Made by a program: the position numbers and the translations under genes. Below are positions 27,043-39,117 of a stretch of DNA of 64,000 bases, one piece after another. Below the pieces are notes generated by a model, which saw nothing but the letters and a program-made list of their open reading frames with translations, had not been told where the DNA came from and ran no database searches. This stretch comes from Cirrosporium novae-zelandiae (taxonomy: Eukaryota). The stretch lies in contig JAPETS010000034.1 of NCBI GenBank assembly GCA_026023565.1, forward strand, positions 248,001 through 312,000. The letters run 5' to 3'. Each line of letters opens with the position of its first letter. Within the stretch, counting starts at the first letter, position 1.

Positions 27043-28258
27043 GACAAGTATAGCAGCGCTGATGAAATTATATCCCACCTTAGGAAAATACTTTTTGGGA
27101 AGAGCTCCTCCCGCAGGATTTCCAACTTTAGTAGTGATCATAGCTAGATGTGGCGCAGCTATCCCCATCCCCGTCTCCAATCACCTACCTACCTCCCAAA
27201 CAAAACTGGAGAATAGGAAGTGTGGTTATAGGAGGAAGAGAAAATGGTGATACGGGGAGCTAACTACTACTCGCGAGGGATTAGGACGAGACGAGACGAG
27301 ATGAGATGAAAATGGGATTAATTAATTAATTTATAGAAGTAATACATACATATTTCATAAAAGTACATGTATAGTAAATGGAATGTTATGTTAATAACTT
27401 TCTTTCTTTCTTTCTTTCTTTCTCTTCTTAATTATGATTATTTTGATCCGTATTTGGTGAATTCAAATTGTTGGACTTTTTTGTTTTTATCTGGGGTATT
27501 GGAATGGGAGGGGAAAAGGAAAGGGAAAGGGAAATGCAAAGGAAGAGGTCCTTGGAGAGTTGTTTAGCTTTGCATGTGCGTATGTATATAGTAAGTGGTT
27601 GTTGATGAAGAATGAAGAATTGCCGACATTCCGGTTTCGGGGATAACTTACCCAGGTAGACTACTGTATATAATACATCCTAATTACACATAATTACAGC
27701 AAGCTTTGGACTAATAAGTTCCTGAAGATCCCAATGAACCCAACCCACTGGACTATCTAATAATGAAACTCTTCTCACATGGATGTTTCCCTTGTAACCT
27801 ATAACTACTAATTCCTTGCTAAAAAAACAACAACGATGAAAATAAAAATAACTTACTCTTTGAGAATCCTCTGCAAAAAAATACAAGCAAATACTCAATT
27901 TGCCGCATTGTCCGATAACCGATCGTCCTTTTGCAACGAATAGATATTGTTCGTTGCTGTTGCTGGGAAAGGTTGTTTTGTCTCGTGATTTTTTTTAACG
28001 TGATAGACCCCCGTCCCGTAAGCCTCCGCGCTATGGATATTGATTTATTTAAAACCCCTGGGGAGGTGGAAGTCTTACGCTATTTTTTTTTCCTGGTATA
28101 TGCAAAATTTAGATTTCACTTGTTAAGCAGAGCTCTTCTTTGTGTGGTTGTGCTGAGGTTTGTTTTTGTGAAGTCTTACCTACATCTTAACTTGATATTA
28201 GATGTATCAGTTTGCCGCCACTCCGTGACAGCTTCTTACGATTGAATAGATTTCGAGA

Positions 28259-30103
28259 ATGGGGTCTTATGGGCCCTGGACGCCGCCATCCTCCCTCCAG
28301 AACCGTCCCGTAGCTGTGCTTGGCGGCGGAGTTCTCGGCCGCAGGATAGCATGCTCTTGGGTCGCTGGCGGGTACGATGTTAACATTAGGGATCCTGTCC
28401 CCGCCCAACTTGCGGCAGCGGTCAAATATGTTGAGACGCATCACAAGGGCTACATCGAAGGCGTAATTTCCAGGGCCTTTGGAAAGGTACAGACATTCCA
28501 GGGCTTGAAAGAAGCCGTTAGGGATGCCTGGTTGGTGATTGAGGCCGTACCAGAGAATTTGCAGCTGAAGATTGACACTTTCGCGGAGCTGGAGAAATTG
28601 GCACCCCAGGATGCTATATTGGCTTCGAATTCGAGTAGCTATAAGTCTGGGGAGATGGTGAAGGGGGTTGGACCGGCTACAAGGAGGAGAATTATTAATA
28701 CGCATTATTATATTCCTCCGGAGCGGCTGCTGGTGGAGCTTATGACGGACGGGGAGACTGAGGAGGCGATTTTTCCTTTTTTGATGGAGAAGTTTAGGGC
28801 CGTGGGAATGCATCCTATCCGTGCGAGGAAGGAGTCTACTGGTTTCGTTTTCAACCGCATTTGGGCTGCAATCAAACGTGAGTGTCTCAATGTCTTGTCT
28901 GAAGGAGTGTCCGATCCCGAGGAGCTCGATATGGCCTTCAAAGGGTTCTTCGGAGTTAATGTTTCGGGACCCTGCGAGTTGATGGATACGGTTGGGCTCG
29001 ATACCGTAGCTCTTATCGAGGATCACTACATCGCGGAACGTCACCTCTCCGGTCAAAATACCGTTGACTTTCTTCGAAAGAATTATATTAGCCAGGGTAA
29101 ACTGGGTGCCAAGTCAAGCAAAGGCGGACTCTATGCTCCCCCCGACCTCATGAAAGAGATGACTCATGCCCCCACTCTCTACTTCCTCGATATTGGGCTT
29201 GCGCATCGTGACAACCCTCTCCACAGCGGTCGCGTCCTCGTGGGGAGCGCCGATGGTCGACCTGCTCGCACTCTCATTGACGGGGAACCCGTGCCCGATG
29301 GTTTAGATATTTCGCCTTCTGCTGGCCGGCTGTTCTGGACAAATATGGGTGCCCCTTCTGAGAACGATGGTAACGTCAAGTCCTGCAATCTAGATGGCAC
29401 CGATATCCAGACCATTATCCCTGACGGCGCGGTGCACACCCCCAAGCAACTCTTCATCGACCACAAGAATTCCAAACTCTACTTTTGCGATCGTGAAGGC
29501 CTGAGAGTAATGCGCTGCGACTTTGATGGCAAAAACCATGAAACCCTGGTCAAAAATGGCGACTGGCAAAATCCCGCGCACCAAGCAGATATCACAAGGT
29601 GGTGTGTCGGCATTACAGTATCACCAGAGGAGGGAGTGCTCTACTGGACACAAAAGGGCCCTTCAAAGAGCAATCGGGGACGAATACTCCGCGCAAACAT
29701 GAAAATGCCCGCCGGCTGCGACGCAACTAATCGGAACGACATCGAATGTCTTTTCTTCAATCTGCCCGAGCCTATCGACGTCGAAATAGATCCTGAGACC
29801 CAAACCCTGTACTGGACGGACCGCGGCGAGCTTCCATTCGGAAACAGCCTCAACAGGGCTAAGCTCAGCGACATCAACCCAGATATCACCAAGCGAGATG
29901 GTAGCATGGGACGGGGATATGAGATTCTTGTAAGGAATCTTCACGAGGGTATTGGGTTGAAATTGGATATGAAGAATAAGTGTATATTTATTACTGATCT
30001 CGGGGGGTGCGTTTATATGACTGACTTGAATGGGGGGAATAAAAAGAAGATGTATGAGGAGGATGAGGCGTCTTATACCGGTATTGGGATAGCGTATTTG
30101 TGA
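28259..30103 (+). CDS. 3-hydroxyacyl-CoA dehydrogenase fused to a C-terminal YWTD beta-propeller
   Basis: GGGVLG NAD motif, EAVPENL, LASNSSS, NTHYYIPP..LVE, GFVFNRIW; C-terminal repeats LFWTN, LYFCD, LYWTQ, LYWTD, IFITD; intronless. Confidence 0.92.
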   Translation: MGSYGPWTPPSSLQNRPVAVLGGGVLGRRIACSWVAGGYDVNIRDPVPAQLAAAVKYVETHHKGYIEGVISRAFGKVQTFQGLKEAVRDAWLVIEAVPENLQLKIDTFAELEKLAPQDAILASNSSSYKSGEMVKGVGPATRRRIINTHYYIPPERLLVELMTDGETEEAIFPFLMEKFRAVGMHPIRARKESTGFVFNRIWAAIKRECLNVLSEGVSDPEELDMAFKGFFGVNVSGPCELMDTVGLDTVALIEDHYIAERHLSGQNTVDFLRKNYISQGKLGAKSSKGGLYAPPDLMKEMTHAPTLYFLDIGLAHRDNPLHSGRVLVGSADGRPARTLIDGEPVPDGLDISPSAGRLFWTNMGAPSENDGNVKSCNLDGTDIQTIIPDGAVHTPKQLFIDHKNSKLYFCDREGLRVMRCDFDGKNHETLVKNGDWQNPAHQADITRWCVGITVSPEEGVLYWTQKGPSKSNRGRILRANMKMPAGCDATNRNDIECLFFNLPEPIDVEIDPETQTLYWTDRGELPFGNSLNRAKLSDINPDITKRDGSMGRGYEILVRNLHEGIGLKLDMKNKCIFITDLGGCVYMTDLNGGNKKKMYEEDEASYTGIGIAYL

Positions 30104-30539
30104 TGTGATGTGATGTGATGTGGAATGGGTGGGGATTTTTATTATGATGGTAAGATAAATTATTAGTGGATCTGATAGCTAGTATAGACTGCGATGATAA
30201 ATAGTGAGGATAAAAGCAAAAAAAGGGATCTTGATTTGAGATTTATATGGCTGCTGTTGATATTTTTAAGGCTCAGATTCCGATGCCCAACTGCATTCTT
30301 GGTTGGCTAATTGGTACATAAATGAATGGGGGTTGAGATGGTTCTAGGATTTCGGTAACATGAATGGACCTTCAGGTTATAGGCCAGCGACAGAGTAAGT
30401 AAATGATCTTTACTAGTCCAAAATAGGCAGGAAGGTTAACCCGAGTACCTAGGTACCTAGGGTATCACAAGAGCCAAGAGTAGTGCTAAAGGACCTTCAT
30501 TTGTAATATGGACTATATCTACTCTATTTACACATCAAA

Positions 30540-32292
30540 TTACATGCTCTTACCCTTTAACTCTTGATTTCCTAAACTCTCCTCATCTCCTCCCTGCGGA
30601 ATCCCCTCCAGCTCACTCTCCCCATATATCTCATCCGGCAGGACTGTCTTGTCTATAAATGACTCCTTGTCTTTGAACGCTAGAGACAGTACCGTATATA
30701 CCAGAGCCGTGCTAAAGAACCCAAGAAGCCATCCGAACTGATACGGATGAACCCCAACACCCACAGAAATACTCGAGTTCACCGAATTAATCAAACCTGG
30801 GAGGTTCGGCGCAACTCCAACCAGGAAGGCGACAATGGCCCTCCAGTTGATGCCGTGCCAGTACCTATAAATTTCGTCCGGTTGGTAGAGTGCGAGGGTG
30901 TTATACTTCCTTTTATGAACTACCCAGAAGTCCATGACCATAATAGCGGCTATCGGGCCCAAGAAAACACTGTACGCGCTCATAAAATTCAAAAAGTTAC
31001 CTGCGGATGCCAGTATCTTCCATGGTACAAGACACCAGCAGAATAATGCACAGAGCAACTGCCCGCGTCGAATATTCACGTAGCGGGGAAATAGTGCAGT
31101 CAGATCATTGGCGGCTGACAGGGAATTCGCGCTTATATTAACACCGAGGGTGGCGATGGCAAAGGCGAATGCCACAAAGAAGCGGCAAGAACGATTAGTC
31201 CAGTTCGAAATGAGGTCCATGGGATCCCATTGGAAGCCTTGGTCATACCGGGCAGCGCCCGCGGAGGAGGCTGCAATTCCAATAAATGCAATAAACGTGA
31301 AGACAATCGGAAGCATGGGAACATAGAGCAACTGCCACTTCACGCTTACACGACTGTAACGAGAGAAATCGGCTTGGTTGACACTTAATGTGGCATAATT
31401 TCCAATCACCGATGTCAAACTAGAGAGCCATACCCAGCTATAAGCAGAGCCATGGACATTAGTGTGTTGATCCCAGATATCACCCCCACCGTCCGTGGCT
31501 TTGAATGCCCAAATAAGCATAGCAAGAAATGTAATCGGAACGATGATTGATTTAACAACAAATAACCATCTAAGAGTATTGGGATGCTTTGGATTTTATC
31601 AGCGAATCCGACTCGATAATTTTTTTTCTTCTGGGGGATTCATACCATATATAAGAACGGAATCTGCACGAGCCAGAAAAGAAAAAACGAAACCATTGTG
31701 TTTGTAGCAATTCCCTGGCTCTCCGGAATATGATTTGGCAAAGTAAGAAAGCTCGGCCATATTGCTCCCAACATTACCTGTACCGTTTCTGCCCCATTCA
31801 TTGTTTGAATTGCAAACCAAAATATAGCCAAGATAGCACGAGATATAATGGCAATGTAGGAACCCCAGAAGCCCCAGCTCGCTCTAGCAATTACGGGAAA
31901 AGGAGCATGGTGTATGACGCCGATCGCTCCGTTGAGCGAGATGACGATGGAGACGATGAAGAAGCCGACGGCAACAGTAGCAAGGGACTCGCGCCAGGTG
32001 AGGCCGACAGCGATGATACTACTGGCAAATTCCCAAGATGCGGCATTAAATGCATCAGAAACCCAATAGGCAATGAAGCTCCAAACGCCCCATTTTCGGT
32101 CGCGCGGGGGAACTGGATCGAGGTCTTTGAAAGTCAGAGGCTGTTATTGATTGCAAGCCGGAGAAAGGTAGAGGAATAACAATTACCTTTGTTGGTCCAT
32201 CTCTTATTGCCATCGGCAAAGGCAGATTTGGGATGCTCAACTTCCAAATGGAATTCAGGTCGCTTCAACTCTAGACTTGGCCGCCACTTCAT
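30540..32292 (-). CDS. NCS1 nucleobase:cation symporter (Fur-type uracil/allantoin permease)
   Basis: Spliced WTNKDLDPVPP..RKWG; ADFSRYSR; NISANSLSAANDL; PWKILAS; introns present. Confidence 0.93.
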
Positions 32293-32344
32293 GTTCGGTA
32301 AGATGAGCTCTAGGATGAGGATATTTATAAAGAGGAAAGATTAA

Positions 32345-32645
32345 AAGGCGATAAATGAGTATTTTTATTATTCAACGATTTAAATCCTCGTACAGTGAGA
32401 CTTATCAAAGGATGTACTTTCCTGATCAAACTGGTAGGTCAGGGGAACGAGATAGAGATAAGAGATTGACGTAGAGAAACAAGGTAAACCTTGCATTAGT
32501 TATCATGGAGCAGTGTGTAGCACGAACATGGGATTCGGATAAGACATGGGGCTTCTCTAAACACAAGACATCGTAGTACAAAGTAAGACGGGGCAGTTCT
32601 TGGCAATTGGAATAAACAAACATCTCGCTATTCCTCTAGATAAGC
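32345..32645. promoter_or_regulatory. Cluster of GATA (AreA/Nit2-type) sites upstream of the NCS1 permease
   Basis: At least six GATAA/GATAG words on either strand (about 32349, 32401, 32450, 32456, 32500, 32537, 32638) within 350 bp of the ATG, consistent with nitrogen catabolite control. Confidence 0.5.
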
Positions 32646-33131
32646 GGCATACATAGCTGGAGGTTGGTCAGCTAGGGAGAAGATTTCTGCTTCAAGTTAG
32701 GGTTATTTTCTTTAGAAGTAGTCATTTAAAGTTGAAGAAAAGACGCAGACTATGATGGACTCCTTTTAGAGTGAACATGGTAGGAAGATATGAAAATATG
32801 AAAATATGAAAATATGTCCAGGAGATATGAGAGGCTATCAAAGGCTATCTCTGAAAATCGGGCGTATCGATTAACATGATAATTATCATGGTATGGTAAT
32901 TGCCGTACTGTGGTATTTAGGATCTTCTCGCTTATCTAATCTATCAATACCAAAAAAATATCAGCTCAAGAAAAAGTAATACCAAAACGGTACGACATTT
33001 ATCTCTTACTGGATTTCCCATGAAACTGTTTCTAAAATTATTGGCATAGCTTCAATCTTATATTTCCTCTATCATCTCTCCCCCTTACTCCCTACAGCCT
33101 CTACATTGATTACGAATTACATTGTTCTCGC

Positions 33132-34058
33132 ATGGACGCAACCGCCTACCTCACCCGCCATGGCTGGCGCGGCAAAGGATACTCTCTCCATCCCGACCGT
33201 GGCATCTCAAAGCCTCTCCTCGTGAGCCGCAAGAACAATTCTCTGGGATTAGGAAAGAAGGAGCACGATGCCCAAGCTGATCAATGGTGGCTACGATCTT
33301 TCGATAGTGCATTGAAGGCTCTGCCAACGGAACAACAGGCACGGAGCAATGTTCCACGAAAGCCAATACCTCAGATCAAGCCTACGAAATGGACTGCAAA
33401 TGGAGGACTTTATGGTCGATTTGTGAGGGGTGATGGATTAAAGGGAACTCTCAATGACCTTAATGGGAAAGAAGCGACGGGGAAGGATGAGGGGGGAAGT
33501 AATGTCAGCGTGATAAAATTAAAAGAGAAAAAACGGAAGCATAAGAAGAAGGATAGCAAGACTGGACTTGAAACCCCCCCATTCTCCGCTTCATCCACTC
33601 ACAGCGATGCGACGGAGACCGAATGCCCCCGACCAGTGGAGAAGAAGCATAAAAAGCAGAAGAGGGATTCGATTGCTGTTGACGAAACAGATTCCGGAAG
33701 CACTAAACCAACAAAAAAATACAAGAAGTCTAAGAAGGAAAAATATCCATCCCGTCAGAATGAGAAGAAAGTCGATACCGAACCTGAAGGCTTAGAGCTA
33801 GTCAAGAAGCACAAGAAGGAGAAGAAAGAGAAGAAGCACGAGGATAAGGGAAGGACCAAGGGATTGGATAGCAGCGAAAATCCATTAACATTACCTAAAT
33901 TACCTGACACGAAACGACAGCAGTCAAGTCATCAGAAGTCAAAGTCTAGGAGCCAAGGGGCAAGTGGGTATGCTACGCCAGTATCGTTAAACACGGAATG
34001 CAACTCAAAAGCTAGGAAAAAGTCAAAGAAAAGGAAAAGAGATATTGAAAAAGCTTGA
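33132..34058 (+). CDS. TMA23: Nucleolar G-patch-like protein, Tma23 family
   Basis: MDATAYLTRHGW.G.G...KPLLV...GLG...QWWLRSFDSALK N-terminus followed by K-rich low-complexity tail. Confidence 0.8.
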   Translation: MDATAYLTRHGWRGKGYSLHPDRGISKPLLVSRKNNSLGLGKKEHDAQADQWWLRSFDSALKALPTEQQARSNVPRKPIPQIKPTKWTANGGLYGRFVRGDGLKGTLNDLNGKEATGKDEGGSNVSVIKLKEKKRKHKKKDSKTGLETPPFSASSTHSDATETECPRPVEKKHKKQKRDSIAVDETDSGSTKPTKKYKKSKKEKYPSRQNEKKVDTEPEGLELVKKHKKEKKEKKHEDKGRTKGLDSSENPLTLPKLPDTKRQQSSHQKSKSRSQGASGYATPVSLNTECNSKARKKSKKRKRDIEKA

Positions 34059-34280
34059 GCTCCAATCACTCTGCTGCATGTTTTTATTGTACTAGCAATA
34101 TACCCCTTCCCGCTGAGTATAGACCATATGTATTGTTAAACTTGCTACTATATGAAGCATCTAAGCCAGGATTCGTCATAGAGCTAACCTAACTTTTATT
34201 TCATTTTATCTATTCTATCTGATAACAAGCGGGTATTCATGAGCCCATAAAAAACATCATTTTTTGCCCGAGACAAGAAA

Positions 34281-35557
34281 TCATGGCTTTACTCCTTTTG
34301 TTGAAACTTTTAGGATCTCGTTTGATAGAAGCCAAGGCCGTTCGTTCCAAAATTCCTCCTTGATGACATCAATGTGTTTTGTAACAATGGTCGCCTTTTG
34401 CCTTGCCTTGCGCACCTTTTCTTGTTGGGTTTTCGACAGGGTGACTGGTCGATCCGATGATTCTAGTTCTTGCGCAGTCGTGATAGTGGTCGTTACGCCT
34501 TGGTCCAAGTTATACTGTAGAAAGTTAGCCTCCCCAATTTAGAACTAGGTCATGGGAGATCATACATCTCGGAAAATGACACTCCCCTTCTTGAATATGA
34601 GATCTTCGTTATTATAATTTATCTGGTATCGAGAGAAGAGTATTTCGTTTTTATCGGAGCTAAACGTCCCCTAATCTACAGTCAGTCTAATTTGAATAGC
34701 CCTTGTTAGCCATATCAGACCTTCAATTGGTTCTCGGCTTCGGCTGCATCAATACCACCTCTCTGGATCATGGCCCAGAAGGTTGTATTATAAAGATTGT
34801 TGATATGGCCTGTTCAGTTAACTAAATGAGATGCGATCTTCACCAGACTATCGTTACGTACAGTCAACTTGCCTCCAGCTAAGGTAGTCCTTCAGGTTCT
34901 GAACTGAGGGATATAGTATAGCACGACCATCAAAGGAAGGCAATAAATCATCCAGTGGAGTATCAGGGAAATACTTAGGCCATTTGTGGACATAATTGGC
35001 TGTAAATGTTGACACGACTGTCGTTACCAACTTACTATGGAGCATTAAATGGATGCACTGTCTAAATGACTATATGCGATCAATATCTAAAACTTACCTT
35101 GCTCGTCTCTCAAATAGAGCACACGATTTGTGGAATACGAAACTGATTCAAAATCAGTAGATTATCATGGGGCAATACATATAAATAAATTACATGCCTA
35201 AATTCATCACTTTGGCCATATGCAATAAATATATCTGGTAGGTTTTTCAAGACTGATATAGCAGAGTCATTCATCAACCCCAGAGCTCGTCTATCATTTG
35301 GCTTCTCAAATTGGTATTTGGCAGAGAGTCTAAGGCATAATTTTAGTCCATAAGACGATACAGTGTCAATCTTGTCAAGGAGTCAAGGAGCTTACTTGTG
35401 GAAACCTCTGCCATCGATTCGGATTACTATCCAGGTGTCTGGTAATAAGGTATCCGAAAGCTCGAAGTTTCTCACATATTCATATCTGCACTCTCAGAAA
35501 GGTCATTACAAGTACATCAATTGGGATTATCATGGCAGCTTACTGGGAGTTTGCCAT
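34281..35557 (-). CDS. THG1: tRNA(His) guanylyltransferase
   Basis: Spliced [73 protein letters not shown]. Confidence 0.96.
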
Positions 35558-35881
35558 GGTTAGATTTGTTCCTTGCGATGGCTAAGAAAGGAAATGAGAA
35601 AGAGAAAATATCAAATGTGCTTTACTATATATATTACTGCCTGAGGCATCAAGGGAAAAATATGTCCAGTCATTCATCAGCAAAATCCAGGCTGAATTCA
35701 GGCACAGATTTTCACGCCTAGGGCTATTTCGGTTAGTGGCCGGAGGTTTATTTCGAGGCTCCGTGTTCCCCAACTCCATCCACTCCATATCAATCCGTAA
35801 ACCCATTAACACCACTTGTGAAGTCTCCCCATCGAAACCCTATCAGAGCTCATCTAAAGGTCACTCGAAGAACATAGCAAA

Positions 35882-37942
35882 ATGGTATATGACTGGGAAG
35901 GAAAGGAAGCAATATGCTTCCGTATGTATATCCAAGAACGAAAGTCCTTGGAAGAGATCATGGAATATATGAAAGTTGCTCATCAATTTACTCCGAGGTA
36001 TGTTATTGAACTAAAAAAGCTACGGAGATCCGCAAGCTGCTATCATCTAGGTGACTTGTTCACCAACCGCAATTTGCGTTGTTGGTTCTGCAGTCGACCT
36101 CAAAGAGCTCACACCTTTCCTCGTTCCTCCTTCTCATCGTCGCTGACCAGTTTTCTCAGTAAACGAGCTTTCCAAACCCAATTCAAACGTTGGCAATTCC
36201 CCTCAAAGCAGAACCCCGCACACAAAAATCCTGCCCTTGTTGCTCGCGTTAAGGAATTATGGGAGCACAACACGAGTCAGAGAGACATGTTGAGGATCCT
36301 CAACGAGGAAGATGGCTTCGACATCAAAGAACGGGAACTCATGCGTGTGCGCGCAAAAAATAGGTGGTTATTAAGAGTTCCAAATGGCATGAAAAGTGGA
36401 AACCAAGCTTCAAACTCGAATCACCCTCCTTCCATATCTCCACCAGTACAACAAGAACAATCTACCGAAGATGCTGCACTTCAAGTCATGGGCGAAATGA
36501 TACAATCTCAAGTCAATGCCATGCCCTCGAACCCATCTAATCCTGCCGATGACCCTTTACCATATGCCCCTAGTCCTAACTTGGAGCAAGAGCCCGAGCT
36601 CCCTCCAGAGGTAGTCCAAAAACGCAAAGAACGCATGGCACACCTGCAGGCTGAATCGGCCTCCCGCTGGGCTTCGCGCAAACGCCGCCGTCGTACTCGA
36701 GGTTGGGCAGGTCTTCCAGCCGATCCCCCAGGGCCACCCCGTTTTCCCTCCGAAACTACTATTGATGAATCGAAGCACTTTCTAAACCTCAATAATGAAA
36801 TGTACAAGCAGATTCGCGATCAATTTCAACATATCTGCGAGGAGGCTGGGTTTATCAAGAAGACTATTGCTGGGCCGGACAGATGGCAGCAAGCAAAAGA
36901 TAGGCTGATACATGAGTCTCCGCATCTACAGGGCATTTTCTGGGGGAGTAACGAAAATCTTGAAGCCAAAACTCTTGCCCTGGATGTCGTCTGTACGGAT
37001 GTCACCAAACGAATGCGCACGCTCGAGCGCCGCATGACAATCGCAGAAGCCAAAAATGCCCTTGGGATCAATCCAGAGGAGTCTCGTCAAGTCCGCAATT
37101 CGTTCTACGCAATCTTGAAAGCCGATCACTTTACTAGTAAACTTGAAGCTGGTGACGAACATTGGAGAGAGTTGAAAGAACAGTGGATAGCGGGCAATCC
37201 ATTATTACAGCAAATACTTTCAGGTGGAGAAGTCGATCACGAGTACGGGACTAAGATAAAGGCAGTAGAGGTACTATGTCGGGATGTGATGAAACGTCTT
37301 CGCGACGACCAAACAAAACGCGACCCCACTCGTCCAAAAACCCAATCTCACAATCCCTCCCTCTCGAATTCCATCCCCACAGTCTCACCTACTACTTTGT
37401 CCACCACGGACGCGGGAATCTCCCAACTCGCCTCGCAAGCCCTTGCCAGCACCCCAAACCCCATGTCTGTCTCCGAAGACTCCAAACTCAACGACAACAC
37501 CTACAGTGACCTCCAAATCGACCCATCTCTCCTCGAAGCCGCCTCCGCTAATGTCGACCCCCGAATCCAACATCCATCTTTTACCGACCCCTTCCAATTC
37601 CCACCGTCCGATTCCTACGGTCTCCTCGCCGGCCCTCAGCCCGTGATCCCCGTTTACTTCCGCCTATCCCCCCTTTCACAGATCCCAGCGGGGATCAAAT
37701 TCCAACAGCTCTGGCTTGCCACGCTCTATTCACGAAGTGTCTCGCAGCTACGGGACCTAGCACTTGAAAAATACCCCGGAATGGGTATCAGCAAGATTCA
37801 GGGGCTTGCACGGGATCCTAACGGGAGCGGACAAGAAATGACTTACGAGATCGATGAAGACGACGAGCTGGATGCTTATCTCACGCATGTACAAGGCCAG
37901 AAAGCGACGTTCGTGGTTGAGGTTATTGGGGGAGGTATGTGA
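35882..37942 (+). CDS. Clr5-domain protein with two internal helical repeats
   Basis: MVYDWEGKEAICFRMYIQERKSLEEIM...FTPSKRAFQTQFKRW after removing intron 35998-36159; repeat ends ALDVVCTDVTKRMR and AVEVLCRDVMKRLR. Confidence 0.88.
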   Translation: MVYDWEGKEAICFRMYIQERKSLEEIMEYMKVAHQFTPRYVIELKKLRRSASCYHLGDLFTNRNLRCWFCSRPQRAHTFPRSSFSSSLTSFLSKRAFQTQFKRWQFPSKQNPAHKNPALVARVKELWEHNTSQRDMLRILNEEDGFDIKERELMRVRAKNRWLLRVPNGMKSGNQASNSNHPPSISPPVQQEQSTEDAALQVMGEMIQSQVNAMPSNPSNPADDPLPYAPSPNLEQEPELPPEVVQKRKERMAHLQAESASRWASRKRRRRTRGWAGLPADPPGPPRFPSETTIDESKHFLNLNNEMYKQIRDQFQHICEEAGFIKKTIAGPDRWQQAKDRLIHESPHLQGIFWGSNENLEAKTLALDVVCTDVTKRMRTLERRMTIAEAKNALGINPEESRQVRNSFYAILKADHFTSKLEAGDEHWRELKEQWIAGNPLLQQILSGGEVDHEYGTKIKAVEVLCRDVMKRLRDDQTKRDPTRPKTQSHNPSLSNSIPTVSPTTLSTTDAGISQLASQALASTPNPMSVSEDSKLNDNTYSDLQIDPSLLEAASANVDPRIQHPSFTDPFQFPPSDSYGLLAGPQPVIPVYFRLSPLSQIPAGIKFQQLWLATLYSRSVSQLRDLALEKYPGMGISKIQGLARDPNGSGQEMTYEIDEDDELDAYLTHVQGQKATFVVEVIGGGM

Positions 37943-38212
37943 TGAAATGGGGCGGGATGAAAATTGACGTTAATAATGAATGGTGTTCGGGATTCTATCT
38001 AGTGGAGGGATTATTATTTTTTGCATAATCATTGCCATAATAGCGTGGAGGATGGCGTACCGGTCACCATGGTATTGGTGGTGGGAATTTACTCTAACAA
38101 ATCCCCCGATAATTGAAACAAAAGCATGTGGGTTTGTTCTGTCTGGGAACCGCAACGATGAAGACGATGATGGTGACGATAACGAGAGGGGTTGTAGCTA
38201 GCTAATTAATAT

Positions 38213-38351
38213 CAGCGTTGTGAATAGACCAGTCCAAATAGACCATCTATATATACCTTAGACCGAGCTTTCCGAACCCACTTTTTATATTCGAACTTTC
38301 GACATATTTAAACCCCCTCGGTCTGGTCGGTCTGGTCTATTCACAACGCTG
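38213..38351. mobile_element. 139-bp MITE with 20-bp perfect TIRs, hAT-like
   Basis: CAGCGTTGTGAATAGACCAG ... CTGGTCTATTCACAACGCTG; subterminal AGACC/GGTCT repeats; flanks ATTAATAT and ATTAATTA form an imperfect 8-bp TSD. Confidence 0.82.
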
Positions 38352-39117
38352 ATTAATTATCCGGCTATATATATCATCCATCTCTATTTGCATTTGCAAT
38401 ATGAAGCTCTAATCTAATCTAATTTACCTTGATTTCATAATCATTATATGACTACTATGCTATATTATATTAAATACAGATATATCTTGTTTGTTACGGT
38501 ACAGTAGCATAAAGTAAACAAATCAACATCGATTTTAACTTAATAGACGACCTTCGAGGGTGCCCTTGCATTGTTGTTGGTATACCAAAAAAAATACTAT
38601 GAGCCAGTTTGTAAGGTATAAAAGGAAGAGCCAAACCACAAAGCCACTACACACCCATCAGTGACGACATATTTAGCTTAGATTTAGGGTGACTTACCCC
38701 AGCTTATAATAACCTTAACTGTAGACTACTCGAGTACTTGTATGAAACAGGAGTAGTATACAACGGAATTTAACGTAATGAAGCATAGACTAAAACTCAA
38801 TTCATGATTTAGGTTCAATTCGTAAAAGCATTAGTGATTGGTCACACTCGGATTTCTTTTCTCTTAGTAGAATTTTGGTCGGGTATAACGAACATGTCCC
38901 GTTGAAAAGTTGGACCAAATAGGCGGTCTATTTTATATCGAGGCCTGGACGATGTAACTGCGTAACGACAATGTGGGCGTCTTATGCTCAGTCAAGTAGT
39001 AGCATTTCACATGCTAATTGAGATAGAGCACTGCTACAAGGACGACGAGCTCAAGAGACCTAAGTTTGAACCACCCTTGCCATCATAGAATTTTAAAACA
39101 AATGTTCGAAATGAGCT

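Noticed and set aside
28187..29056. 289-aa antisense ORF
   Set aside because: Lies opposite the dehydrogenase CDS, has a non-ATG start and no motifs; codon-bias shadow.
37980..38201. 73-aa hydrophobic ORF after the Clr5 gene
   Set aside because: Starts 38 nt after the stop, within a probable 3' UTR; no promoter space or homology cue.
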